Positions 1 through 8,123 of a stretch of DNA of 21,636 nucleotides are shown piece by piece. The notes below the pieces were generated by a model. It saw only the letters and a list, made by a program, of their open reading frames with translations. It made no database searches and was not told the origin of the DNA. Source of the DNA: Myxococcota bacterium (GTDB taxonomy: Bacteria > Myxococcota_A > Bradymonadia > UBA7976 > UBA1532); assembly GCA_036337435.1 (NCBI GenBank), contig JAYZEG010000023.1:1-21636 (forward strand), read 5' to 3'. Each line of letters starts with the position of its first letter. The first letter of the stretch is position 1. A program made the translations under genes and the position numbers.

Positions 1-28
1 CTGAGCCAGGATCAAACTCTCCAGTTTA
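1..28 (-). rRNA. rrs: 16S rRNA, extreme 5' end only (gene continues beyond the left edge)
   Basis: The reverse complement of 1-20 is AGAGTTTGATCCTGGCTCAG, the universal 27F region of bacterial 16S rRNA. The mature 5' end is estimated about 7-8 nt upstream of it. Confidence 0.95.
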
Positions 29-126
29 ATCTTATAGCTTCAAAAATTTGCACCCATACTTACGTACAGATACGCGTTCAGTTAAATTAACGGTTGTCCG
101 CTTTACAAGCAGACTGCTCAATTCAC

Positions 127-139
127 TTTTCAAAGAACC
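127..139 (-). promoter_or_regulatory. rrn leader boxA antitermination element
   Basis: The minus strand reads GGTTCTTTGAAAA, matching the rrn boxA pattern (GxTCTTTxAxA). It lies between the promoter and the 16S 5' end, about 100 nt upstream of the latter. Confidence 0.8.
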
Positions 140-241
140 GGTCCCTCACGACAAAACGGCGTTGTTCCGTCCCTTCTTTCGAAGACCCGATTACGTCTAT
201 CGCCATCGCGAAGAAATGCACTGAATCAGTGCGGGCTAGAA

Positions 242-270
242 AGAGTACTAGACGGTCTCCGGTACGTCAA
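242..270 (-). promoter_or_regulatory. sigma-70-type rRNA operon promoter
   Basis: Minus strand: TTGACG (270-265), a 17 nt spacer, then TACTCT (247-242). It is upstream of boxA and about 210 nt before the 16S start. Confidence 0.8.
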
Positions 271-362
271 CCACTTTCTGTGCTTTTCATCACGTTTGCC
301 GATTTGGCGCTGTGTTCAGCCCCGTCTGCAGATGCTCGCATGCATTGGACGCAAGATAAGGA

Positions 363-1907
363 TTAACCCAACTCGCGGTGGATGGCACTGGCCACCTTCA
401 TGCCGTCGAGTGCGGCACTTACGATGCCACCCGCGTAGCCGGCCCCTTCACCACAGGGGTAAAGACCCGGAGTTGATGAACTTTCCAATGACTCTGGTTC
501 GCGAGGAATTCGGACCGGCGCACTGCTCCGAGATTCGACACCAACCATAACGGCATCGGGCGACAGATAACCCCGCATCCGCTGGGAACCGAAGAACCGA
601 AGCGCGTCTCCCATCGGATCGGCAATTCGAGGGGGCAGCACAGCTCGAAGGTCAGCCGATCGAAGGCCTGGACGGTAGCTGCACTCCGGCAAGTCTGCTG
701 ACACCCTATTCTCGACAAAATCGACTAAGCGCTGGGCGGGTGCCTGATAGGCCCCTGCCCCAGCCTGGAATGCAGCACGCTCGATCTTACTTTGATACTC
801 GAGGCCCGCCAACGGACCAGGCCCATAAACGGCTTCGTCTACGGTGACCACAAACCCAGAGTTTGCGAATTTTGAGTTTCGTTTAGAGGGCGACATGCCA
901 TTGACCACAAGATGGCCATCTTGGGTTGTCGCCGGAACAATGAAACCACCTGGACACATACAAAAACTGTAGACGCCGATCTCGTCGACCGTCCGCTTGA
1001 GCGAATAGGGCGCAGCACCAAGCTGTTGGTGCCCAGCAAGAGCACCGTATTGAATTTTGTCGATGACGTCTTGTGGATGTTCGATTCGCACGCCAAGGGC
1101 ATAGGGCTTAGCCTCAATGACGACCTGCTCTCGCTCCAACATCAGGTATATGTCACGTGCTGAATGACCCGTCGCCAGAACAGTAGCAGGCGCCAACACT
1201 GACCGCCCATCGCCGAGGCGAACCCCAGTGAGCCTGCGCCCGTTGCGTACCAACCCATCCACGCGTGAATTGAACTCGAACTGGACGCCGGCTTCGATCA
1301 AATACTCACGAAGTGCCTGGACGACCTTCGGTAGACGGTTGGTTCCGATATGCGGGCGCGTGTCGACCAAAATACGCTCGGGAGCGCCACATCCAACGAG
1401 CAACTCCAAGACGGTCCGAGTCGGTCCCTTCTTGACCCGTGTATAGAGTTTTCCATCACTGAATGTGCCTGCACCCCCTTCGCCGAAACAATAATTGTTT
1501 TCCGCATCGAGGGTGCCATTTCGATTGAGTGCCGCTAAGGCGGGTCGTCGCGCACGCACATCACCACCCCGTTCAAAAATGATCGCTTTGATGCCAGCTC
1601 GAGCAAGACCCCAGGCTGCAAATAAGCCAGCGGGTCCAGCACCGATCACAATCACTTGCGGTGGGCCTTTGAGTTTGGGCAACTCTACGAGCGTCGCATC
1701 ATGAGATGGGATGGTTTCACCAGTCAGGTAGACGTCGAGCCGGAGCTTGAGTCGTACACGTCGATTCCGTGCGTCGATGGACCGTCGGTCTTGGACAAAC
1801 CCAACAATCTCGTCCTCCGATACCTTGAGCGAGCGAGCAATTGCAGCGCGAATTCCTTTATCATCGGCGTGGTCTGGGTGAATCTCAATATTGATCTGCC
1901 TGGCCAC
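363..1907 (-). CDS. NAD(P)/FAD-dependent oxidoreductase (uncharacterised FAD-dependent dehydrogenase, COG2509-like)
   Basis: 514 aa ORF with a GTG start. It has the Rossmann motif VIGAGPAGL and family motifs GEGGAGTFSDGKL, ATGHSARD, FCMCPGG and GEGAGYAGGIVSAA. Confidence 0.88.
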   Translation of the reverse strand: MARQINIEIHPDHADDKGIRAAIARSLKVSEDEIVGFVQDRRSIDARNRRVRLKLRLDVYLTGETIPSHDATLVELPKLKGPPQVIVIGAGPAGLFAAWGLARAGIKAIIFERGGDVRARRPALAALNRNGTLDAENNYCFGEGGAGTFSDGKLYTRVKKGPTRTVLELLVGCGAPERILVDTRPHIGTNRLPKVVQALREYLIEAGVQFEFNSRVDGLVRNGRRLTGVRLGDGRSVLAPATVLATGHSARDIYLMLEREQVVIEAKPYALGVRIEHPQDVIDKIQYGALAGHQQLGAAPYSLKRTVDEIGVYSFCMCPGGFIVPATTQDGHLVVNGMSPSKRNSKFANSGFVVTVDEAVYGPGPLAGLEYQSKIERAAFQAGAGAYQAPAQRLVDFVENRVSADLPECSYRPGLRSADLRAVLPPRIADPMGDALRFFGSQRMRGYLSPDAVMVGVESRSSAPVRIPREPESLESSSTPGLYPCGEGAGYAGGIVSAALDGMKVASAIHRELG

Positions 1908-1913
1908 CGGCGC

Positions 1914-3260
1914 CTACTCGATCTCTCGACGATTCGACTCGTCGTCCGGTTTGGATTGCCCTTCGGGCTGGTCTTCATCGCCGAAGGGCATATTGAGCTG
2001 TCGTGCTGCAAATTCCGCTGTCTGTGTCAATTTCGGACCAGCCCCTTCGTCCACGTCAGACGCATCCTTTTCGGTCGCTTTCTGCGGGGCGGCCGCGTCA
2101 TGTGCGGCGGTCTCCTGATTGGCCGGGTCTTTTTGTCTATCCGCAGGGGTTAGCTCATTCGTCGGCTCACCCAGTTCAGCGTCTGGCACAATCGTGTTTT
2201 CAGGACTCAAATCGAGGTCATCATCCGCCGCGTCAACAAAGTTCGGTTGAGCGGAGGGCACCGCCTCTGAAATCTCCCCAGCCGGTCCATCCTGGGTCTT
2301 CCGCTCATGTTCGTCTTCAGGTTCATCCAGACGCCAATGCTGCCGAAAGGCTTCGTCTAGCTGTGCACTGTCTGCATTCTGATTCTCCAGTCCGAGTGCC
2401 GCGCCGCCGGATGGGTCGTTGCTTCCATCCCCAGGCCCAGCGTGTCCATTCGGTCCCCCATCGTCATCTCCGCCTTCATCACCATCTCCCCCCTCGCGTC
2501 GTTTGGTAATCACGTAGGCGATGCCGATGCTAATGCCGTACAAGGTCACCAGGGGCACTGCTAAAAACAACTGACTGACCAGATCTGGTGGCGTTAATGC
2601 GGCCCCTAGAATGAACGCGATGACCACGGCCCAACGCCAAAAGACCATGAGTCCCACGTGTGTGACCATCCCGATCCAGGATAAGAACGCGACGGCAACC
2701 GGCAGTTCGAACACAATGCCGAACGCCAACAAGAGCTTTGTTGTGAACCCAAGTGAGTCTTCGATTGTGATGTCGAGCTTGAGGTTGCTTTGCCCCATAT
2801 CAACTGAGTAGCCGATGAGGAAATCAAACACCGCGGGTAACACGAAATAGTAAGCAAAAAAACCACCACCCGCAAAACAAAGCGTCGACAACACAACGAA
2901 AGGCAGGGCAAAACGCCGTTCATGCTTGTAGAGACCTGGTGCGATGAATTGCCATAATTGGTAGAGCACCACCGGTATCGCACAAAAAACGCCAAAAATG
3001 ATGGCCACCTTGAAGCTGAACAAGAAGCCACCTTGTACAGTACGCGAGGCTAAGGTCGGCTGCTGTCCATGGGCTTTCAGGGCAACAATGATGGGCTCCA
3101 TGATGACGGCACCCAGAAAATCTGAGAAAACAAAGCAGGCGCATGCGCACACGAAGACAGCAACCACTGCCCACCAAATGCGAATCCGTAGTTCTCCGAG
3201 ATGGTCAAGGAACGGTGCTCGGCTGGCGTCTAGTTCCGACTGTTCACGCGCCATTGTCAT
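1914..3260 (-). CDS. tatC: Twin-arginine translocase subunit TatC with a long acidic C-terminal extension
   Basis: Motifs PFLDHLGELR, LYQLWQFIAPGL, FELP and LTPPDxxSQ, with about six hydrophobic segments, downstream of tatB. An alternative start is at 3254. Confidence 0.95.
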   Translation of the reverse strand: MTMAREQSELDASRAPFLDHLGELRIRIWWAVVAVFVCACACFVFSDFLGAVIMEPIIVALKAHGQQPTLASRTVQGGFLFSFKVAIIFGVFCAIPVVLYQLWQFIAPGLYKHERRFALPFVVLSTLCFAGGGFFAYYFVLPAVFDFLIGYSVDMGQSNLKLDITIEDSLGFTTKLLLAFGIVFELPVAVAFLSWIGMVTHVGLMVFWRWAVVIAFILGAALTPPDLVSQLFLAVPLVTLYGISIGIAYVITKRREGGDGDEGGDDDGGPNGHAGPGDGSNDPSGGAALGLENQNADSAQLDEAFRQHWRLDEPEDEHERKTQDGPAGEISEAVPSAQPNFVDAADDDLDLSPENTIVPDAELGEPTNELTPADRQKDPANQETAAHDAAAPQKATEKDASDVDEGAGPKLTQTAEFAARQLNMPFGDEDQPEGQSKPDDESNRREIE

Positions 3261-3720
3261 CTCGTGTCATCGGGCCGGGCTGGCGAGGCACATCTGACTC
3301 CGTATGCGTGGCATCCGACGTCTCTAACTTCGCTTGGGTGTTTGCGTCGGTATCGGCATCTACTGCCGGGTCCGAGAGGGAGTAACCGTAGTCATCGGAT
3401 CTGGACACGGTTCCATGGACGCCAGACGGTGTTGGCGGCCTCGTTGATGCAGTTGTCTCTGGGCTACTGAGGTCAGGATCAGACGAATCGGTCTCGAGCT
3501 CTCCATCATCGATGTGATGATTCATCTCCCACGCACGAAACTGACGTCGATACTCGTCCGGGTCAATTGCATCACGGATCTCTTGTCCAGCGCGCCGCGC
3601 CGCTCGGATGCCTTTGCCCAACGTCCTCGCAACTTCAGGAATCTTTGCTGGCCCCATAACCAACAACACAACCACCAAGATGATCATGATTTCCCAAAAA
3701 CCGATTCCACCTGGAAGCAT
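3244..3720 (-). CDS. tatB: Twin-arginine translocase TatA/TatB family subunit, probably TatB
   Basis: GIGFWEIMIILVVVLLVMGPAKIPEVARTLGK gives an N-terminal TM helix, a GP hinge and an amphipathic helix. It has a long acidic tail and overlaps the tatC start. Confidence 0.85.
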   Translation of the reverse strand: MLPGGIGFWEIMIILVVVLLVMGPAKIPEVARTLGKGIRAARRAGQEIRDAIDPDEYRRQFRAWEMNHHIDDGELETDSSDPDLSSPETTASTRPPTPSGVHGTVSRSDDYGYSLSDPAVDADTDANTQAKLETSDATHTESDVPRQPGPMTRDDNGA

Positions 3721-6071
3721 TAGAACTGCCCTTCAATCGCTTCGATGCTGCCGTTACCCATGAAGACGGGGCGCACATCTTTCGTCGTAGGTTCCGTACC
3801 CTTCTTGAAGCTCAGTTTCAAGCTTTGGTGCCGTCGCCGAGTCAAAAGACCGGTTCGTAAATCAACTCGACGGTCAATGATTTGCGCTGGTCGGCGAGCC
3901 AATAAGGGCGTCTCATCATCGCCGTTATGCACCGATGCCATCCAGGTTCTCCAGATTGGTGCTGCCACCCGACCCCCTGTTTCACCAGACCCCAGTGGCC
4001 GTTCATTCTTATCGGCACCAATCCATGCGAGGGCCGTATAGCGGTGAGAAAAACCAGCGAACCAGGCGTCAAATTTATCTGTTGTCCCCGTTTTGCCTGC
4101 GAGAGGCAATGAGCCGATCCGCGCCGCGCGACCCGTACCGGATCGAACCACCCGCTGCAGTGCCTGCTGAAGCAAATAACCGGTTGTTTCAGATAGGGGC
4201 TTTTCTGGTTTGGCAACCGCGAGACGTAACATGCCATCGATACGGTAACGCGGCGGGGCCATCTGAGCTAAGGGCGATGTCTGATCGAAGCGAATCTGCC
4301 CATCGCGATCAATGACACGCTCGACGGCTATCGTGCGCTCTGCATCCCCACCCAGAGCGAATGCGGAATAAACGCGTAACAGACTCGCCAAGGACGTGCA
4401 TGACCCACCCAGAGCCAGACTGTCATCGACATAGAGTTCTTCTCGAACACCAAGTTGTGAGGCCATTTCGGCCACCCGTCGCGCACCAACCCGTCGAAGT
4501 GCTCTGATGGCCGGAATATTAGCAGACCTCTGGATTGCGTCCATCATGATCATCGATCCCGCAAACCGCCCATCGGGGTTTCTGGGCTTCCAATAGCGGG
4601 CCTGCTTTCGGTCGAACAAGGTCAGCGGCGTATCATCAAAGACTGTGGCCAAGGACATGCCTTGTTCGAGGGCCTGCGCATAGACGATAGGTTTGAAAGT
4701 GGACCCGGGACTTCGACAGGCCTGCTCGCTGCGGTCGAATTGGCTCATCGCATAATCGAGCCCACCCACAGCCGCTGTTAGCTGGCGAGTATGATTATCT
4801 AGGGCCATGAAGGCTGCCTCGACGGGCGGAAACTGAACCAACCTAAACGCCCCGTTTTTAGGGCCACTCAACACGATGACATCTCCAGGGCGAAAGGTCG
4901 CAAGAAGCGATTTGGCCGAGCCCCGATTGTGTCTTGCGTCCAGCTTGTAGGGCTTGGTCCAGCCCATTTCTTTGATGTTTAGCGAAACATTTTCATATCC
5001 TGTTGATACACGGATTTGGTCACGATCAACCGCTTTGACAAGCCCAACCGAAAAATGTCTTGGGCGTGCGTCAGTTGTCGGACGATTAATCTTCTTTAAA
5101 CGGGTTTCGAGACCATCGGCTTTGGCCCCTACGAAATGGGCGATGGGGCCGGTATAGCCCTGCCGCTGTCCCAATGCTTCTGCCCCCGTCCACACAGCCT
5201 CTTGAGCCAATCTTTGATGCTCCAAATCGACGCCCAGATGGATGCGATATCCTCCAGCCCCCAAATCATTTAGGCGACCGTCCAGAGCCCGTCGAGCACG
5301 GCTCAGGTAGTAGGGCGTCCACGACACTGGCTTGGACGACCGAACAGGCATTCTGAAGTCAGCATAGGCCTGGTCTGCGCGTGACCGAGAAATCACCCCC
5401 TCGGAGACCAGCGCGTTGAGGACATACCGTTGCCGTTTCCGGCTCGCATTGAAGTTTTTCACGGGGTTGACACGGCTTGGCTGTGGCGGCAGCCCAGCCA
5501 ACATAGCTGACTCGCCAAGAGTGAGTTGATGCGGCCGCTTATCGAAGTAGATCCGGCTGGCGGCTGCCACACCATACGCTCCGTGCCCCAAGTAGACATG
5601 ATTTAAGTAACGGGCCAAGATGTCTGCCTTCGACAATTTGGATTCAAGACGCACCGCGCAGATGGCCTCTCTAATTTTTCTTTTGTACGTTCGGTCACGA
5701 CCCACGATGGTTTTGCATAGTTGCTGGGTTACAGTGGAGGCTCCGATCCGCCGGCCCGAGCGAAGTAAATTGCTGACAAGAGCCCTGCCTGTTGCGAGCA
5801 GGTCGACTCCGCTGTGGCGAAAGAAACGGCGATCTTCTGCAGCGAGGAACGCAAGAATGAGCGAATCTGGTACGTCTGCGAGTTCAATCGGCTCCCGCTC
5901 TTCATCCGCCTGGCTCCCCACGATCCGGCCGTCGGACGAGATAAAGAAGGTCGTTGAAGGCGGCGAGAAATCCGTCAATGCATCGAGGTCGGGAAGCCCT
6001 CGACTGAAATGCCTATAGCCAAAGTACAAGACCGTTAAAGCAACACAAGAACCAACCAATAGACAGGTCAA
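3720..6071 (-). CDS. mrcA: Class A penicillin-binding protein 1A (transglycosylase + transpeptidase)
   Basis: N-terminal TM helix. GT51 motifs EDRRFFRHSG, GASTVTQQ, RKIRE and YLNHVYLG. An OB-like insertion, then transpeptidase motifs STFK, SAN and KTG. The start codon is uncertain (TTG 6071, or ATT 6098). Confidence 0.92.
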   Translation of the reverse strand: MTCLLVGSCVALTVLYFGYRHFSRGLPDLDALTDFSPPSTTFFISSDGRIVGSQADEEREPIELADVPDSLILAFLAAEDRRFFRHSGVDLLATGRALVSNLLRSGRRIGASTVTQQLCKTIVGRDRTYKRKIREAICAVRLESKLSKADILARYLNHVYLGHGAYGVAAASRIYFDKRPHQLTLGESAMLAGLPPQPSRVNPVKNFNASRKRQRYVLNALVSEGVISRSRADQAYADFRMPVRSSKPVSWTPYYLSRARRALDGRLNDLGAGGYRIHLGVDLEHQRLAQEAVWTGAEALGQRQGYTGPIAHFVGAKADGLETRLKKINRPTTDARPRHFSVGLVKAVDRDQIRVSTGYENVSLNIKEMGWTKPYKLDARHNRGSAKSLLATFRPGDVIVLSGPKNGAFRLVQFPPVEAAFMALDNHTRQLTAAVGGLDYAMSQFDRSEQACRSPGSTFKPIVYAQALEQGMSLATVFDDTPLTLFDRKQARYWKPRNPDGRFAGSMIMMDAIQRSANIPAIRALRRVGARRVAEMASQLGVREELYVDDSLALGGSCTSLASLLRVYSAFALGGDAERTIAVERVIDRDGQIRFDQTSPLAQMAPPRYRIDGMLRLAVAKPEKPLSETTGYLLQQALQRVVRSGTGRAARIGSLPLAGKTGTTDKFDAWFAGFSHRYTALAWIGADKNERPLGSGETGGRVAAPIWRTWMASVHNGDDETPLLARRPAQIIDRRVDLRTGLLTRRRHQSLKLSFKKGTEPTTKDVRPVFMGNGSIEAIEGQF

Positions 6072-6240
6072 TAGCCTTCTCGTGACGGTCTTCCAAATGG
6101 TGGTTCCCCAATGTTAAACAGCCGACAACGCTCGAATTTGCTCACTCCTGTTCCAAACAGGACTTGCGGATTCGAGTGCGATGGCAGTACAAGTTTTACG
6201 CGCCCTCAATGAATATTCTGCGACAACTGGTTCGATTTAC

Positions 6241-6308
6241 CAACAAATTGTTGCAATTCGCTGGGCTTTCTGGCAACGTCCGCCGACCCAATTGGGTAAC
6301 ACGGTTAT
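6241..6308. promoter_or_regulatory. Candidate metalloregulator (Zur/Fur-family) operator(s) upstream of the zinc-free rpsN
   Basis: Inverted repeats CAACAA-A-TTGTTG (6241-6253) and TAAC-ACG-GTTA (6297-6307) lie in the divergent mrcA/rpsN intergenic region. The regulator identity is inferred from context only. Confidence 0.35.
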
Positions 6309-6336
6309 TCTTATCGTTTTTTGGAGAAAAGGTCTC

Positions 6337-6642
6337 ATGGCCAAGAAGAGTAAGATCGCAAAGAATCTGAAGCGCAAGAAACTCGTCGAAAAGTATGCAG
6401 CCCGCAGAGCTGAGCTGGTGGCGGTGATCAAGGATCCCAATGCCTCCTTCGAAGAGAAGTACGACGCCCAGACTGCAATTTCAAAGATGCCTCGCGACGC
6501 AAGCGCAACACGGTTCAAAAATCGCTGTTTTCTGACCGGCCGGCCCCGTGCATACTACCGCAAGTTCGGGCTGTCACGAATCGCGCTCCGCGAAGAAGCT
6601 CTCAAAGGGACTCTGCCAGGCGTGGTAAAAGCGAGCTGGTAA
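6337..6642 (+). CDS. rpsN: 30S ribosomal protein S14, long zinc-independent (C-) form, 101 aa
   Basis: [10 protein letters not shown]...[36 protein letters not shown]...LPGVVKASW. The ATG at 6337 is preceded by GGAG; the 6181 start in the ORF track is an over-extension. Only one Cys is present. Confidence 0.97.
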   Translation: MAKKSKIAKNLKRKKLVEKYAARRAELVAVIKDPNASFEEKYDAQTAISKMPRDASATRFKNRCFLTGRPRAYYRKFGLSRIALREEALKGTLPGVVKASW

Positions 6643-6857
6643 TTTAAGGTCTAACTGGACCCACCGTACCAGCCTCACCGTCGACGCCGACTGAATCAAC
6701 CCGTCCAATCTAGATTCGACATCGCACCGTCGGTGGACAGTCGAATTGCATCACAACCTTTATTCGTAGCCAAACCTGCCCAGCAAAGCCGACCGCTTGT
6801 GCGGGTGTGCGCCGAAGGCATCCCTTTGAAGGCCGGAACCGTGTACACTCCTGTACA

Positions 6858-8123
6858 ATGAGTGAATTAAAGCCGCCCGGCCAAAAAATGAACCCATCAA
6901 ACAAGACTGTTCGGCAGTCTCGAATGCTGCTTGTGGCCGGGATGCATGTCTGTATCCTGTTGCTCACCTCCGTTTTGTTGACCCCTGTTTATGGTCTTTT
7001 ATACCTCGCCTTGCTTAGCCTGTTCAGCGGCGTACGATTTGCAATCAAGAACCGGGGTCGGCGTCGCCCGCCCCGACTCAAATTCACCCGTGAAGGCAAG
7101 TATGTGGTTGGCATTACAATCGGCGTAGGCCTTGCGGCAATCAACACTGGAAACAACCTGCTCTATCTGTTTCTAGGCATGCTTCTATCGCTCATCATCA
7201 TCAGTGGGGTTCTTTCTGAAATCACCTTATCAAAACTGAAGATCTCCAGACGTTTTCCCGAACATATCTTTGCGAAGCAGGCTGTCCTTGTCTCGGTCGT
7301 ACTTCGAAATGCGAAAAAGCACATCCCATCCTTTAGTGTTCAAGTCGACGACCAATTGGATAGGGACGGACGTGCGAAACGGTGTTTTTTCCTGAAACTA
7401 AAACCGAATAGCCAGCAGTCGACGAGTTATCGTGCCGAATTCGCTCGTCGCGGGTTATACACGTTTAGCGACCTGTCGCTGGTGACGCGCTTCCCCTTTT
7501 CTTTTTTCATCAAACAAAAAGCCATCCGCGAAACGGCTCCCACCACTGTCCTGGTCTACCCTGCCCTACGTTCAATTGACATTCCAACGGCGATGCCAAG
7601 CCAGCTCGCTGGGCAGCTGACCAGTCCATTGCGAGGCCACGGGCAAGACTTCTTTGGCCTCAATGAATATCAAGAAGGGCAGAATGCCAAAAACATTCAT
7701 TGGACGCGGTCCGCCTCCACAGACAGATTGGTTCTGAAAGAATTCACTGAAGAAAAAAACACCCGACGGCGGATCTTTTTAAACGATACGTTTTTCGAGA
7801 TGGATACACAGACCAATCCCTCGAATGACACGGCACAATCTATGGAGGCCTGCGTCGAAATTGCGGCCTCTTTGGTGGTGTCGTCTGCTCAGGCGCAAAT
7901 GGATATGACTTTGGTCACCCCCCATCAAAAGTGGACTGTCCATGCAGATGGGTCTGGTCTTGAGGCGTGTTTACGAGGGCTGGCGTTGATCCAGTTCAAG
8001 ACTGTCCCGGCAAACCATAAGATCCAAATGTCTGGTCAAGAAGATTTCGCCTACTTGATCAGCGAACGAGGTGCCTTGGCAATGTTACCGACACTCAACG
8101 ACACCATTGTCATAACACCATGA
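6858..8123 (+). CDS. DUF58 domain membrane protein
   Basis: N-terminal TM helices, FTREG...AAINTGNNLLYL, FARRGLY, TRFPFSF, VLVYP, and the DUF58 core GHGQDFFGLNEYQEG...IHWTRSA...LVLKEF. The start is uncertain (6858, 6888 or 6924). Confidence 0.85.
   Translation: MSELKPPGQKMNPSNKTVRQSRMLLVAGMHVCILLLTSVLLTPVYGLLYLALLSLFSGVRFAIKNRGRRRPPRLKFTREGKYVVGITIGVGLAAINTGNNLLYLFLGMLLSLIIISGVLSEITLSKLKISRRFPEHIFAKQAVLVSVVLRNAKKHIPSFSVQVDDQLDRDGRAKRCFFLKLKPNSQQSTSYRAEFARRGLYTFSDLSLVTRFPFSFFIKQKAIRETAPTTVLVYPALRSIDIPTAMPSQLAGQLTSPLRGHGQDFFGLNEYQEGQNAKNIHWTRSASTDRLVLKEFTEEKNTRRRIFLNDTFFEMDTQTNPSNDTAQSMEACVEIAASLVVSSAQAQMDMTLVTPHQKWTVHADGSGLEACLRGLALIQFKTVPANHKIQMSGQEDFAYLISERGALAMLPTLNDTIVITP

Noticed and set aside
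94..550. ORFs 94-366 and 296-550 (+)
   Set aside because: They are antisense to the rrn leader/promoter and the flavoprotein gene and have no protein-like features.
6181..6336. N-terminal 52 aa extension of S14 in the ORF track
   Set aside because: S14 homology starts at MAKKS (6337), which has its own GGAG ribosome-binding site. The upstream part is intergenic or regulatory sequence.
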